Source of the DNA: Podarcis cretensis
Lineage: Eukaryota
Direction: 5' to 3'
Length of the DNA: 64,000 nucleotides
NCBI GenBank assembly: GCA_951804945.1
Contig: OX638150.1
Coordinates: 50,716,001 to 50,780,000, forward strand
Shown: positions 51,611 through 63,682 of the stretch, in pieces
Numbering within the stretch: the stretch's first letter is position 1
Layout: the number at the start of each line of letters is the position of its first letter
The notes under the pieces: generated by a model
The model's database searches: none
Seen by the model: only the letters and a program-made list of their open reading frames with translations
Told to the model about the DNA's origin: nothing
Made by a program: the position numbers and the translations under genes

Positions 51611-53383
51611 GCACCAAATAGTAACATATCCAGCCTTGTCAGGGAACAGCCACAATTTTGAACTTTTGCCTAACGTTGCTCTTCACCTCTACCGCCATTA
51701 AAGCCCTATGCTGCTTGTGTTTGCTGCTAAGGAGCATGCTTCTTACTATTGGTTGTTCTGGAAAACTTTCCAAGACATCTCTCTAATTCCACTGACTCTG
51801 TTCATTGTACAGAGCAGTAAATAATGGGTAGGGCAATAAATGCTGACAGAGTTGGTCCTTAATTCTGAAGAGGCCAGATTTTACAGCACCTTGGGCTAAG
51901 TTGGCAGTGAGCCAGAAGTCCAAAGCTTGCTCCTTGTTGACATATAAATGCACATAGTCATTAGACTTTATTTTACAGTATACTGGGTTGTGTTGACAAC
52001 CGCAGGAGACAGGGTTGCTAGATATTCTGTACACCTGAGCAGAATACATACTGAGCTAAATTGAAGAATGCAAAATAAATAAATAAAATAAAAATCTTTC
52101 TCTTTACATGGAGCTTTGTTTTACTGACTGGTTGCTCTTTGTAGTGCAGGGTATACTTTCATGTTTTATTGCACATAGATTAAATGTTTCTTCTTAAAAA
52201 AATTAACAATCAGACTGAAATCCTCTTTATGTCGTACCTGTTTGCTTATCCAAAGCAATTAAAAGGGAAAGGGCAGCTTTTGACAATGCAGGCAGCTGAA
52301 TAATTTAATTAGTCAATATATAATTGCTCTGACCAGAAGCACATGCAAGCTAGATCCCCCTACAAGCCCATCTAACTGTCTATATGATACTGACCTGCAT
52401 AAAAGGATTATGCTGCTGAGAGATACGTAATTACTTGCATTGTGCTTAGGGTTTCTTCATGGGGTGTGTATTGAAGTTGCTTATTGTCTAAGTCTAGTAA
52501 CAATAGAATTGTGTCATTTATCTGCTCTGTCCTTGACTGTTTTAGGGCAGTCTCCAGTTGTTGTTTTTAGAATCTTTATAGACCACATTTTAAAAACTCA
52601 GTCAGGCAATAGTTTTAGGATCAACCAAAATGTCACAAAATAGTAAGCAAGTTTTAAAAATTCTCCAGAATTCACCATCAGGTTGGAGATTAAAACAATC
52701 CAGCCTGATGGGGAGTTCTGCAGAACCCGAAAGCTTGCTCACTATTTTGTAGTTTACTTTGCTTGGCCCTAAAAAGAAACACTTAACAATGGGTTCTTCT
52801 TTTTCTAATAGAGTAACATGGCTTTCTTTACTTTTTGTGTTTTCTAAAATAATACAGGCATAACCTGTACATTATATTTCATTTTAATCTACTACTATAG
52901 ATCTACTGTTATGATCATAGGATTTTAAGGGAACTTCTTCTAGTCCAGTCCTGTGTTCTAAAGTAAACACATATATACCACATGTTAACATTCTGGTCTA
53001 CAAATTAACCCAGGGTGCAATGCATCGCAGAGAGACCCACCATTTTTAATGGTTTAGTAAAACAATCCAGAGGAAGGTGTTCAACATGATATATGAGAAG
53101 ACAATTTATCCACCTCGATGCCTAGATAATCTGATCCAATGGAAAATTCCTATGGTGATGAGAGGCAGCAGAAAGAAAAACCCATTCACTAAGGCTACAG
53201 TCCTATACAGATGTGGATTTAAGCCCTGCTGACATTGAGACTTCTGAGTGGTCTACTATATTACTGTAAATTACCAAATAACTGACCATTTAATGAAAGA
53301 TAGCCATGCCAAATATCTGCATCTCTGATCATGCAAAGTGCAGGGGAGAATCCTTTTAAATAGACCCTAGCTGAAGAACGTAA

Positions 53384-53740
53384 GGGACGCAGGTGGCGCT
53401 GTGGGTTAAAGCCTCAGTGCCTAGGACTTGCCGATCGAAAGGTCGGTGGTTCGAATCCCTGCGGCGGGGTGCGCTCCCGCTGCTCGGTCCCAGCGCCTGC
53501 CAACCTAGCAGTTCGAAAGCACCTCTGGGTACAAGTAGATAAATAGGGACCGCTTACCAGCGGGAAGGTAAACGGCGTTTCCGTGTGCGGCTCTGGCTCG
53601 CCAGAGCAGCTATGTCACGCTGGCCACGTGACCCGGAAGTGTCTCCGGACAGCGCTGGCCCCTGGCCTCTTAAGTGAGATGGGCGCACAACCCCAGAGTC
53701 TGTCAAGACTGGCCCGTACGGGCAGGGGTACCTTTACCTT
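53384..53740 (+). mobile_element. Full-length young Sauria SINE
   Basis: Near-identical to the 39930 copy, with a 12-bp TSD TAGCTGAAGAAC (53368-53379 and 53741-53752). Confidence 0.97.
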
Positions 53741-54010
53741 TAGCTGAAGAACCAAATTATGTGCTTTTCAAGACTCAGGTTAATTTTTCTGGAGGTGATC
53801 TTTGTCCAAACTTTTGAAAAGCAAAGTGGGTCTGCATGAACTTTCTGTCTCCATAGGGCATGGGGAGAAGGCTGATCTGGGTCACAGAGGAGAGAAGTGA
53901 CCAGTGGGTGATGCCCACTGTATTCACTCAAAAATTCAAATGTCCCCACGTGCACAAGAAGATCTACAACTTCTGCAATAAATGGTATTGCTCAGCATGA
54001 TACCTTAGGG

Positions 54011-54144
54011 CAGTGTTTCTCAACCTTGGGCCGCCAGCTGTTTTTGGGACTACATCTCCCATCATCCCTGATCACTGGCCCTGCTAGCTATGGATGATGG
54101 GAGTTGTAGTCCAAAAGCAGCTGGAGGCCCAAGGTTGAGAAACG
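54011..54144. mobile_element. Fold-back hAT-like MITE
   Basis: Near-perfect palindrome: gtttctcaaccttgggcc.ccagctg.ttttgggactaca.ctcccatcatcc pairs with ggatgatgggagttgtagtccaaaagcagctggaggcccaaggttgagaaac. Flanks are ccttaggg and ccttgagg. Confidence 0.85.
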
Positions 54145-54152
54145 CCTTGAGG

Positions 54153-54348
54153 CATGGGTCGGCAAACTAAGGTCCGTGGGCAGGATCCGGCCCAATCGCC
54201 TTCTCAATATAGCCTGCGGACGGTCCAGGAATCAGCGTGTTTTTACATGAGTAGAATTTGTCCTTTTATTTAAAAGGCATCTCTGGGTTATTTGTGGGGC
54301 CTTCCTGGTGTTCTTACATGAGTAGAATGTGTGCATTTATTTAAAATG
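54153..54348 (+). mobile_element. hAT MITE family A, 3'-truncated, with internal duplication
   Basis: The start catgggtcggcaaactaagg matches 5425. The segment ttacatgagtagaat...ttatttaaaa occurs twice. Confidence 0.85.
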
Positions 54349-54601
54349 TAAGATTGCCTGCAGAATCCGTTTCTCACTATGGTGACCTGAAGTGAGGCCA
54401 TTTTGGCAGTAACCCTAAGCTTGTAAACTCCTTTTCATGGGAGAGCTCCGCTACTTTCTCCCTGGTTTTTAAATTGTTAGTTAATGTCAAAACCCAAGCA
54501 AACAGTTTCACAGAATTAAACAATTAGAGATAGTTTTGGGTTGAGCTGACCCTTCTTCCGTAACGCAGTTTGTGGTTATTGCCGCAGGTGGTAGGTACAC
54601 C

Positions 54602-55050
54602 TAGGGATGTGGGAGGAAATTGATTCACTTTGCAATTCAATGTGAACCTACCCAATTCACACTTTCTGAAATGACACATAAACTGGAAACACAGCCATCC
54701 CAATACAGTCACACTTATTTGAATTTTTCAGTGAAGTTATCCATCCAAGTAATGTGTACAGAAATGCATATACTAGGGTAGAGTGTGCATATAAATGTAT
54801 ATATTAATTAAAATAATGCACAAAAACACATTATATTATGAAAACTGCTTTGCAAAAGTATGTCAATGAGGCAAAATTGCATACAAATATATATATATAT
54901 ATTAGGAGAAATTTGCATTAGCGGGCTGGTTGATTTTTTGTGAGGACTTTTTAAAAATTTCCAAGTGTGTGGAGAAGTGTGGAGAACTGAATTTGAGATT
55001 GAAAAAAATGAGAAATTGAGGAAGCAAACTGGTACATCCTCCACCCCCTA
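54602..55050 (+). mobile_element. Older hAT MITE with TAGGGATG-type termini
   Basis: TAGGGATGTGGGAGG...CCTCCACCCCCTA, with a degenerate 8-bp TSD ggTACACC / ctTACACC. Confidence 0.65.
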
Positions 55051-57877
55051 CTTACACCTCTGATAGTCTGTTTTTCTTAGATACAGAGGACGCTATCCCA
55101 TCACTAGTGTTCAAGCAAGATTCAACTGCCAATCTTCATTTGTATATGGAACAGGGAAGGCTACTTTGTCCTTTGCCTCAGGCAACAAAATGTCTTGGGC
55201 AGCCTTGTCTTCAGCAAACCATACTTGAGCTTTGGATATGTTTTTTGCTGTTCATATTTGTTGTACTAAACATCTTTTCATGATTGCTTTAATTTGTATT
55301 CTTAGAATTAAATTGTATAACCTTTAGGGCCAAAAGGAAAAGTTAAAATATTACAATAAATATTTTTTGGTCACCATACCAAACCACGATCCCACTGTCG
55401 ACAAAGCCCATACGCTGCCAAATTTCTCTAGACTTCACATGCAGAAATATGACAAAACAAGCCCTTTCACTAATAATATGGAATGGTTAGATTTTTCTCT
55501 TTCTATTTTTGTTCTAGCCAAAAACAAGGAGGAAGAGAGAAGCCTTTATAAGCCACATTACTATTGTGGTAATACTGTCTGCTCTGTGGGCCAAACACAA
55601 AAGGCTCAGGAGTTGTAAATGGCTCATAAAACTGAAGTTCACTGTGGCCACATATATAAGCAGTGGGGGAAAGCTGAGAAGAATGCTCCCAAAGGACTGT
55701 ACCCAGCTACTGAGCTTCTCTGCTGTTATTTTTACCCTGAACTAAAAATGTGCAAGGTGCTTTAAAGGAAATGTAATCATTGGCCAAAAAAATAAAATAA
55801 CATAATGTTCTTCAACAGCAGAAGGACGGGATTGTTTTCCAAAACAGTTGTAATCTAGAAAAAAGCAATAGTATTTGACAGCCAGATAGTGCTCTGGAGG
55901 CCATAATCAACCATCACTATACTTCATTCAGGTACCACAAGTGTGAAACATATTGTACATTAAAGGAGGAAAAGCCAGTGCTCAGAGAAAAGGTTGTCAG
56001 GTTACCGTATACCCTGAAAATCATCCATATATCTTTTAAATCTCATGATGCAGCAAGAGTCAAGGCTAGGTTTTCCCACATGTTTCCTCCCCATGTCTTA
56101 GTCAGTGTGTTTAATCCACATGTTTTTCCCCACTTCAGATATCAGAAGAGTGATCAGGGCTGGAAACTTGCGGAAGAGGTTAATCCTTTCCCCATGCACA
56201 ATGCTCCTATTGAAAATCTGCCCCCTGCCCCACCTAATTTATTTTCCATTTTCTTTCTGAATCATCTTGTTACTTTTGCTAACTGGCCTTTCTAGGGAAA
56301 TTAATTTGAATTTATCCATCTTAAACTCCCTGAACTGGGTAGGTGAGGACAGAGATTTCAGTTAGGAGACAGGAGAATGGTACGTAGTTATTTCATGTAT
56401 AATTGCACAATTACCTTTTTAATTGCTTCCTTGCCACAACTCATTGAAATGTGAGCAGCAAGAAGCACCTGATTATTATCAACCCTTTGTTTCACAGCTT
56501 TATGTAACTTGCAAAAATGGTCAGACTGATTTCAGAAATTTACTGGGAAGATGCTTTGGGTTGTTGTTTTTAAAAAAATTCTTTTAAATTAAATTGCATT
56601 TCAGGCTAAGGATTGTGCAAAACTCAGAGAATTAAGGTGGTGGGCTTGGTGTCTGGCTATGAGAGGAATTCAATGTTGCACTATAACGATCGTTCCATCA
56701 ACACAAGCATTTCTGCAGGCCACACAGAACAATTTCACCTCCCTCTCCCACTGTGGTTTTTCCTGAACCTCCCAAGCATATTTGGGAAGGTGCAGGGGGA
56801 GGAGAGGGAGGGAGGGCAGTTGCTCTCAGGACTCATTGGATTGGCTCATTGGACTCTCACAGGACTCATTGCACCCACCAGTGCAGCTATGTGGTTGAAT
56901 GCAACCCTATATGCATGAGGTACAGAAGTGCCAGTAAAATAAGGAAGGTATTCTAAGAGTTTTATCTTCTGTCTTGGTGAAAGGGCCAGCCTGTGTCCTG
57001 GCAACCGAATGATATGAAAAGAGATCTCTGATAATGGCCCAGTGATCTTTGAGGTGTGTGGACACTATGCCGCAGTACTGAGAAGTCTGCAGGACATTCT
57101 GACTTAGGTGTCAACTGGTATTTGTGCTTTATCGAAAACGTTCAAAGCATCTTGCTTGGCCATAATTTTATATGGTTGTGAGTCATGGATTATAACCAGA
57201 GCAATTTCCAAGAGATTAAATGGCTTTACAGCCAGCTGCTGTGATGTGATCTAGGTCCAGGGAGACTGTGTATAAAGTTACCAATTTTAAGTATAACAGG
57301 AAAAGTCTGCCAGTGTCCTTTCAAAATAGCACAGTTCAGAGACCAACTAGTGTCACTAGGCCACTGGTCAGGAGGAGTCGCAAAGTTTATCTCTACCCTT
57401 CGCCTACCAACTGCTGAGTGTGTGACACAGAAAAGAGAGCCAATGGAAAGCAGCTGAGCAGGAGACACCCCAAATGCTGTGTAAACTCAGCGGCTCTGGT
57501 TTCAGATTTCAGATGCCTCTGGTACTTGTAAAGTAGATGTTGTAACAACAGAGATGACATGTGGTGAAAGGCAGAAATGTTTAGGTGCCTATCCAAAATT
57601 ACAACATCCTCTTTTGCCCTTATCCATATTTGTCCAAACTTTTATATATTATCATTATTGCTGAAATTACCAGTTACAAAATCCGTTCGCCCCCCAACAC
57701 ACTTTGTTGTCTGAATACCAGATTCTCTAAAAAATTGCATTCCCTTACCAACATAGTGTTTTCACTTATGCATATTTGCAGCTGAGTTTCTGATGCTGGG
57801 GAGTGCCTACTATTGACCAAGGACATTTAAGTAGATGCCACTGTCGCGTCCTATAGTCTGTTCTGTGTATAATTAAG

Positions 57878-58456
57878 TGTCAGGAGCCAGAATCAGCAGT
57901 AGGTCAGCAGTAACAACACCAGTGTCAGTGTCACCAAACCAGTGCAGGCCTAGTGATCCCAGCATCTCTTCCCAGTAGGTCTTGCCCCAATGAGGCAGTT
58001 GCAAGGACAGAAGATCCCTGCCTTTCTACTGCTCTCTAAGGCGCCACCCCCAGTTCTTTCCTCAGCAGGTTAAGGCTCCATCACCTTGTATCTCGTTGCT
58101 TTGTCCTTTTCATTTCTCTCTGTGTTGGAAGACCGGGGGAAGGGGAGCTGTTCACAGTAGGAGAGGGAGACTTTCTGGATTCTGCCCCCCCCCCCGGCGT
58201 TCCTCTCCAGCTTCCTTGGCTACCTCTGAGCATGGACTGCTCTCTTCCTCAGCCTCTTCCTGCTCGCTAACCCCTGTTGCCTCTTCAACTTCCGACTCCT
58301 CCCGGCCTGCTCCCTCTTCTCCCTCTGACCATGCATCGTCGTCCCACCACCAATCCCCTGGATCTGAACCTTTTCCCCTTGGAGGTTCCCCAGCTGGTAC
58401 CTCCAATTACTCCTTTGCATGCAGCCAGTCCCTTTGCATGCAGCCAGTCCATGACA
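57878..58456 (-). mobile_element. Solo LTR (probably Gypsy-type)
   Basis: Termini TGTCAGGA...TCCATGACA, with a 5-bp near-TSD TTAAG (57873-57877) / TCAAG (58457-58461). About 580 bp with a strongly strand-biased interior. Orientation is tentative. Confidence 0.7.
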
Positions 58457-58851
58457 TCAAGTGGCATATCGCTGATTCATTAGTGGCATATCACTGATTC
58501 ATTAGATGTTAGAAATCTGTCAATATTTGGGGCACATATTCCACATATTCTGGCAGAACATCAGTTGATTTCACAAGGGATTTCTCTAGCCCCCATTCTT
58601 CTCCAGCTACCCATGGGCAGAATGGTGAGTGGCATGGAGATGTGCACATTCAAATTAGTAGATGAGTTTTGCATATACAGTATTCTAGGTCTACCAGATT
58701 GGCCTATGAGGGGCAGATTGTGCTCACTGGCAAAAATTGCCCCTTTCTCCATTCTATATAAACTGCATCAGAACTGGAAACTTAAACTTTGCAGAATACT
58801 TTTATTTCAGGTAATGCCACAATGCGATTTACAGAGGGAAACTAACACAGG

Positions 58852-58990
58852 GAAGGAGGCCGTAGCTCAGTGGTGCTGATAGAGCATCTGTTTTGCATGC
58901 AAAAAACCCCACGTTCAGATCCCAGCATCTCCAGGCAGGGTTGGGAGACTTCTTGTCTGAAATCATGGAAAGCTGTTGCCAGTCGGTATA
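58852..58990 (+). mobile_element. tRNA(Ala)-headed SINE copy
   Basis: ggccgtagctcagtggt...agagcatctgttttgcatgc...cccagcatctccagg. Confidence 0.7.
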
Positions 58991-60357
58991 GATCTTTCCC
59001 TACCTTTTAACACAAACCAGAGAATGTTGATGATCATATTTTGGTTTTTGGATTTAGACTTTTCAGGCAATCATGAATTTTGAACATTCACTATCAACAC
59101 ATATAAGCAAGAGTTCATTTTATTGCATTTAGATGTAGTTTTTTCTGATTGCTGATGAGCTGTTTCCAGTAGCTTATAGGCAGCAGGTATAGCTGTGCTA
59201 GTAAATTGTATAAAATATACAATGGGCTCTTGAAGTATACATTCCAAGCCAAAGGCCAGATCAATAATGCATATTTAATCTGGAGTTTGGGTATTTGTAG
59301 TAGAGCCAACTGAAGGAAATGGTACAAGGGGCAAGTAATGACAATGCAGGGTGGCTAGGCTCACTGCTATCTCCTTTTAACTTGCAAGGCCTCAGTGCTG
59401 ATATCAGGGGAATCAGACACTGTCTGGTTCTTTTCCATGATTTGTTTCGCTCTGTGCATTGTTCCAGGGCCAAAGAGGCCATAAAAGTATTTAGCTCCTT
59501 GCTATGTATTTCTTTAAATCTGAGATGAAATCAGGAGGCTTATGTTACTTCTAATTAGGGGGAGACTCGTGGCTTCATTGCAGGAGTTTGCTGTGTCCTT
59601 GTCTGACTCTGAGGCACTGACCCTTCTCTTTCATTCCTATTTCTATCTCTCACCTAATCCCCCTCTAAAGTGATTTGTTCCTTTGAAGGAGATCTAGGTA
59701 GATAGAGCTAGAAAGCTATTTACTTTTTAAGTGACCAGACATAGCTGCATCCCATAATACCTTGCCACACATTTCATTCAGTCTCTCACCCTCCAAATGA
59801 ACTCTGCTTACTCTGCTGCACTGTACCACTGCAGGCTATTACACTCAGCTTACGTTGTCTGTCATATTGTATTGATGTCACTGTGTTGTACTGCTAAATG
59901 TGCTGCCTTGCTGTATTTGATCATGCTGCCTGTCCTCTTTCCTCCCGGCACTGGTCCTTGGCTTCTCATGCAATCAGTTTACTTCACCCACCATCTGAGC
60001 TTAGTGGCTAATATAATATAATGCTCTTTTGGCATTGTCTGTGTGCATGCTATCTTTTACAGATTTCTTGCTCTTAGGTACTTTGCATTTGTCTCCATCA
60101 CAGAGTTGGCAGCTCCCATTCTCTTTTTCCTGAGAGTAGTGCTGGGTACAATAAATGATTCAAGTGGGGACATTTTTTGGCAGAAACAGAAATGTGATTA
60201 TCAATATAATGCTCCCTGGGCTATCTACATGAATTACTATTACCCAAGAACAGTAGTTTCCCAGGAGCCAAATCCAGCCAACCAGTAACTGGACCAAACA
60301 AATCATATGAACTTAGGAAGCTGCATTTATACTGAGTCAAGCTATTGGTTCTTTGGT

Positions 60358-60530
60358 AGAAGGCCATAGTTCAGTGTCACAGCATCTGCTTTGCATGCAG
60401 AAGGTCCCTGGTGTTCAATTCCCAGATAGGACTGGGAATGTTCCCTGCCTGAAACCCTGGAGAGCCACTGCCAGTCCGTGTAGGCAATACAGAACTACCT
60501 GGACCAATAGTCTGACTTGGTATTCCTATC
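60358..60530 (+). mobile_element. tRNA(Ala)-headed SINE copy
   Basis: ggccatagttcagtg...agcatctgctttgcatgcagaaggtccc...cctgaaaccctggagagccactgccagtc...ggaccaatagtctgactt. Confidence 0.75.
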
Positions 60531-61689
60531 TAGTCCTGTTCTTGTCCCCTGCCTAACAACAACTCTCCAAGGTCTTTCTAAGCTTTGCTATCTGAGACTT
60601 TATTTTGAGATGCCAGATATTGAGCTTGGAATGCAAAACATTATTTTTTTTTAAAAAAACAAACTGCTGCACTGTGGCCTGCCCTGGGAAACCTTTCTAC
60701 TATAATTCCCAGCCAGCTAGGACTTGATCTGTGAAAATGAAGAATGCAGTCTTTGTCCAAACCACAATCTGTGAATGAGACCAAACTAATCATTCGTGGG
60801 GGAAATGCAGAGATTGTTTGAACCAGATTGGAAGTATGTCTTATAATTTCCCCAAGGAAAAGAATCCCCCCAAAAGTAACTCCATGGCCTCTATCACCAA
60901 CAGACTGGTCGAATCAGAAGGTCACTTAGCAATCTTTAGGCCAGGGATCCAGTATTGGATGGGATCCACATTCTCATTACATTTTGCTTTGTAGTTTTCC
61001 ATAGCTCTTTTCCCCATCCATCTGTCTTTCTGATTCCTATCCTCTTCCTGTATGCTCTTCTTGGGCTTTCTATAATTGGATGTGAAATGGTTGTGTGGCA
61101 TTTAAGGCAGGATACTGAGGCAAACTGATGAGCTTGGGGGAGATTCAAAGGCAGCGTTTTTTGGATTTATTTTTCTAATGTAACTAAACGTGATTTGAGT
61201 TTGAAGAGGGTATTACTGGGATCACTGTGAAGTAAAATCAATGTTGGTAGAGGGCAACTTCAACGGGTTGAGTGAATTCAAGACAGAATGTATTTAAAGG
61301 CCTATTGTGACTGATGCAGGGCAAAGAGAAGTTGTACCTGAGACATCCACTGAGTTTTCAGTGCCCCATTTTCTGTGTTCATTGCATGCAAGGCTTAAGT
61401 TCCTCTTGAAAAAAGTGTGTAGTAAATGGAAGATTTTGAGAGGAGTGCCTTGTCTTTAATGATATGCCTTGTCTTTAATGATATGCATTATTGGCATTAT
61501 TTTACAACCACGTAGTAGTGTGTGGTTGTTTTTCAACAAAATCCATTTGAATTAACTCTGTACTCATGACCTGGACATATGCAGTGCTGCTGTTAAAATA
61601 AAATGGTGGAAGCAAAGTAATGGGGCAGTGGCAGCTGTTCATGAGTGCCACTAGGGCAACAAGCTACTCTGCTGCATGACTATTTGCAC

Positions 61690-61838
61690 TTAAGAACATA
61701 AGAAGAGACCGCTGGATCAAGCCCATTATCCATCTAGTCCAGCATCCTTTTCTCACAATGTCCAACCATATGCCTGTGGGAAACCCATAAGCAGATTGAA
61801 GCACAAGAACACTATCTCTTCCTTTGGTTTCCAGCTCC
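61690..61838 (-). mobile_element. CR1 3'UTR fragment
   Basis: taagaacataagaagag...ctggatca...catctagtccagcatcc..ttctcaca is the reverse complement of the CR1 3' end seen at about 35660 and 50060. Confidence 0.75.
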
Positions 61839-62428
61839 AGAGATAAAAACTCAAATTGGAATTTACCATCTGACCTCTCTATACATTGCTACTCATATTA
61901 GGGAGTTTTGCTATTATTTTCCTAATGTAAATATTGTCTGCTCTTTTGAAATGATCACACGTAGCACTAAAACCATTCACAGAATGCCAAAGTCAACAGG
62001 ACTCCGTATCACTTAGTGCCATTATGTTCAAAACCTCCTTAGATCAGACTTCAAAACTTTATTATTCCATGCCGGGATGTTGGTTTCATGATTCATATAT
62101 AAATTGTTCAGCACCAAGATCCCTGTTGAGCGCTCTACAAACATTAACTAACAAGAGTAATGCAAATATAATTCCTCTCCTTTTCTGCATGCTTAGCTTT
62201 GCATTCTCAGTGCAGGTGTCCACAGCAGGGAATGGGTCATGCATATATCTATTTGGAGAATATACCAAGTATATATAAACAGTGTTCTGTCATGCTCAAA
62301 TAACAGCTCTCTGGGTCACGCTGAGAAATTCTGAGGTGTTTCTTCTCCTCCACCCCATTTCAACAGAGCAAGTGTGGTATTTGCTGATGTGGACTATCAC
62401 TTGGGGATACAGACTGAAATCACTAAAG

Positions 62429-62679
62429 CAGGGGTAGGCAACTTGAGGCCCGGGGGCCGGATGCGACCCAATCGCCTTCTCAATCTGGCCCGCAGACAAT
62501 CCAGGAATCAGTGTGTTTTTACATGAGTAGAATGTGTGCTTTTATTTAAAATGCATCTCTGGGTTGTTTGTGGGGCATAGAAATTCTTTCTTTCTCTTTT
62601 TCCAAAATAGAATCCGGCCCACCACATGGTCTGAAGGATGGTGGACCAGCTCACAGCTGAAAAATATTGCTGACCCCTG
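62429..62679 (+). mobile_element. hAT MITE family A, full length
   Basis: CAGGGGTAGGCAA...TTGCTGACCCCTG with a perfect 8-bp TSD CACTAAAG (62421-62428 and 62680-62687). Confidence 0.92.
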
Positions 62680-62751
62680 CACTAAAGGATTAGAAATGAG
62701 CTTGTTTTTCACATTTTTCTGAATGGGCTTTTGTCAGCCATGTTCCAACCA

Positions 62752-62871
62752 TGTCTGTGTTGCAGTGCATTAAGTGGTGGAGATACTAGTGAAGATCCTG
62801 ACAATGATTGTCTGTGTTGCAGTGCATTAAGTGGTGGAGATACTAGTGAAGATCCTGACAATGATTGTCTG
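62752..62871. repeat. Perfect 57-bp tandem duplication
   Basis: 62752-62808 is identical to 62809-62865, followed by a third TGTCTG. Confidence 0.95.
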
Positions 62872-63501
62872 AGCTGCCATAGGATGGGAGGACTGTTGTG
62901 ATCCAGTGGAGATGTGGGGTAGGCAGAAGGACCAATGAAAAGAAGGGTAAAAAGGAGAAGCCAAGGAAACTGGGACTTAAAGGTATGGGCTGGAGAAGAC
63001 AAAAGGCTGAGGGTGGTGAGTGATGTGGAGTAGTCCAGAGAAATGACATGAAAAGGGTAGAAGGCCCGAAGGAGGAGAGGAGAGTAGGAAAAAGAGAAAA
63101 AGAGAAAGAAAGAGACAGCAGAGAACTAGCATGCCCTGAAGCTGCAAAGCTGAAATAACCAAACAAATATTTGGCTGTTGGCCTCTAGTTATAAGAATAA
63201 TCAGAGGGCTTCTTTGTAACCATGTTGTATTACAGCTATATCAGATTGCTTCCAATCCCATCTCTGTGTGCGCTGACATCCGTGAGGGATGCCTTGATGC
63301 TCTCGTCTTTGATGTTATTTCTATCCACATGTATTAAGATTCCAAGGTGCACCCCATATGCAAACAGACTGCCCTGAGGCTATAACATTACTCTGTAAAG
63401 TCTGCTTTCTTCACAAGGGCTTTTTGTTTGTTTGTTTTGTAATCCTGAAGTGCATAGGAGTATTTTCCCTCTGAAGAATGATGGCTTTATTATATATGTT
63501 A

Positions 63502-63682
63502 CAGTGGTGTCCAAACTTTTTTCAAAGAGGGCCAGATTTGATGAAGTGAAGGGCCGTGAGGGCCACCCAAAGTTGTTGAGCTTTTTTAGGATTTTACCCC
63601 AGAAAATGAACTGCCACAGGGGCTGGATTAAACTGACCGGCAGGCCAGATTAGGCCCCTGAAACAGACTTTGGACATGCCTA
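63502..63682 (+). mobile_element. hAT-like MITE
   Basis: cagtggtgtccaaact...actttggacatgcct termini with gggcc subterminal motifs. No TSD is recognisable. Confidence 0.65.

Noticed and set aside
58096-58497. Ser-rich (plus) and Glu-rich (minus) ORFs as a real gene
   Set aside because: They lie almost entirely within the LTR-like element, are low-complexity and show no splice architecture.
58855-58932. tRNA-Ala gene
   Set aside because: The cloverleaf is degenerate with an insertion, and it continues into the shared SINE body. It is a SINE head, like the other copies.
58412-62871. CRISPR-like or other prokaryotic repeat-spacer array
   Set aside because: The repeats are two-copy tandem duplications without spacers, and the window is clearly vertebrate DNA.
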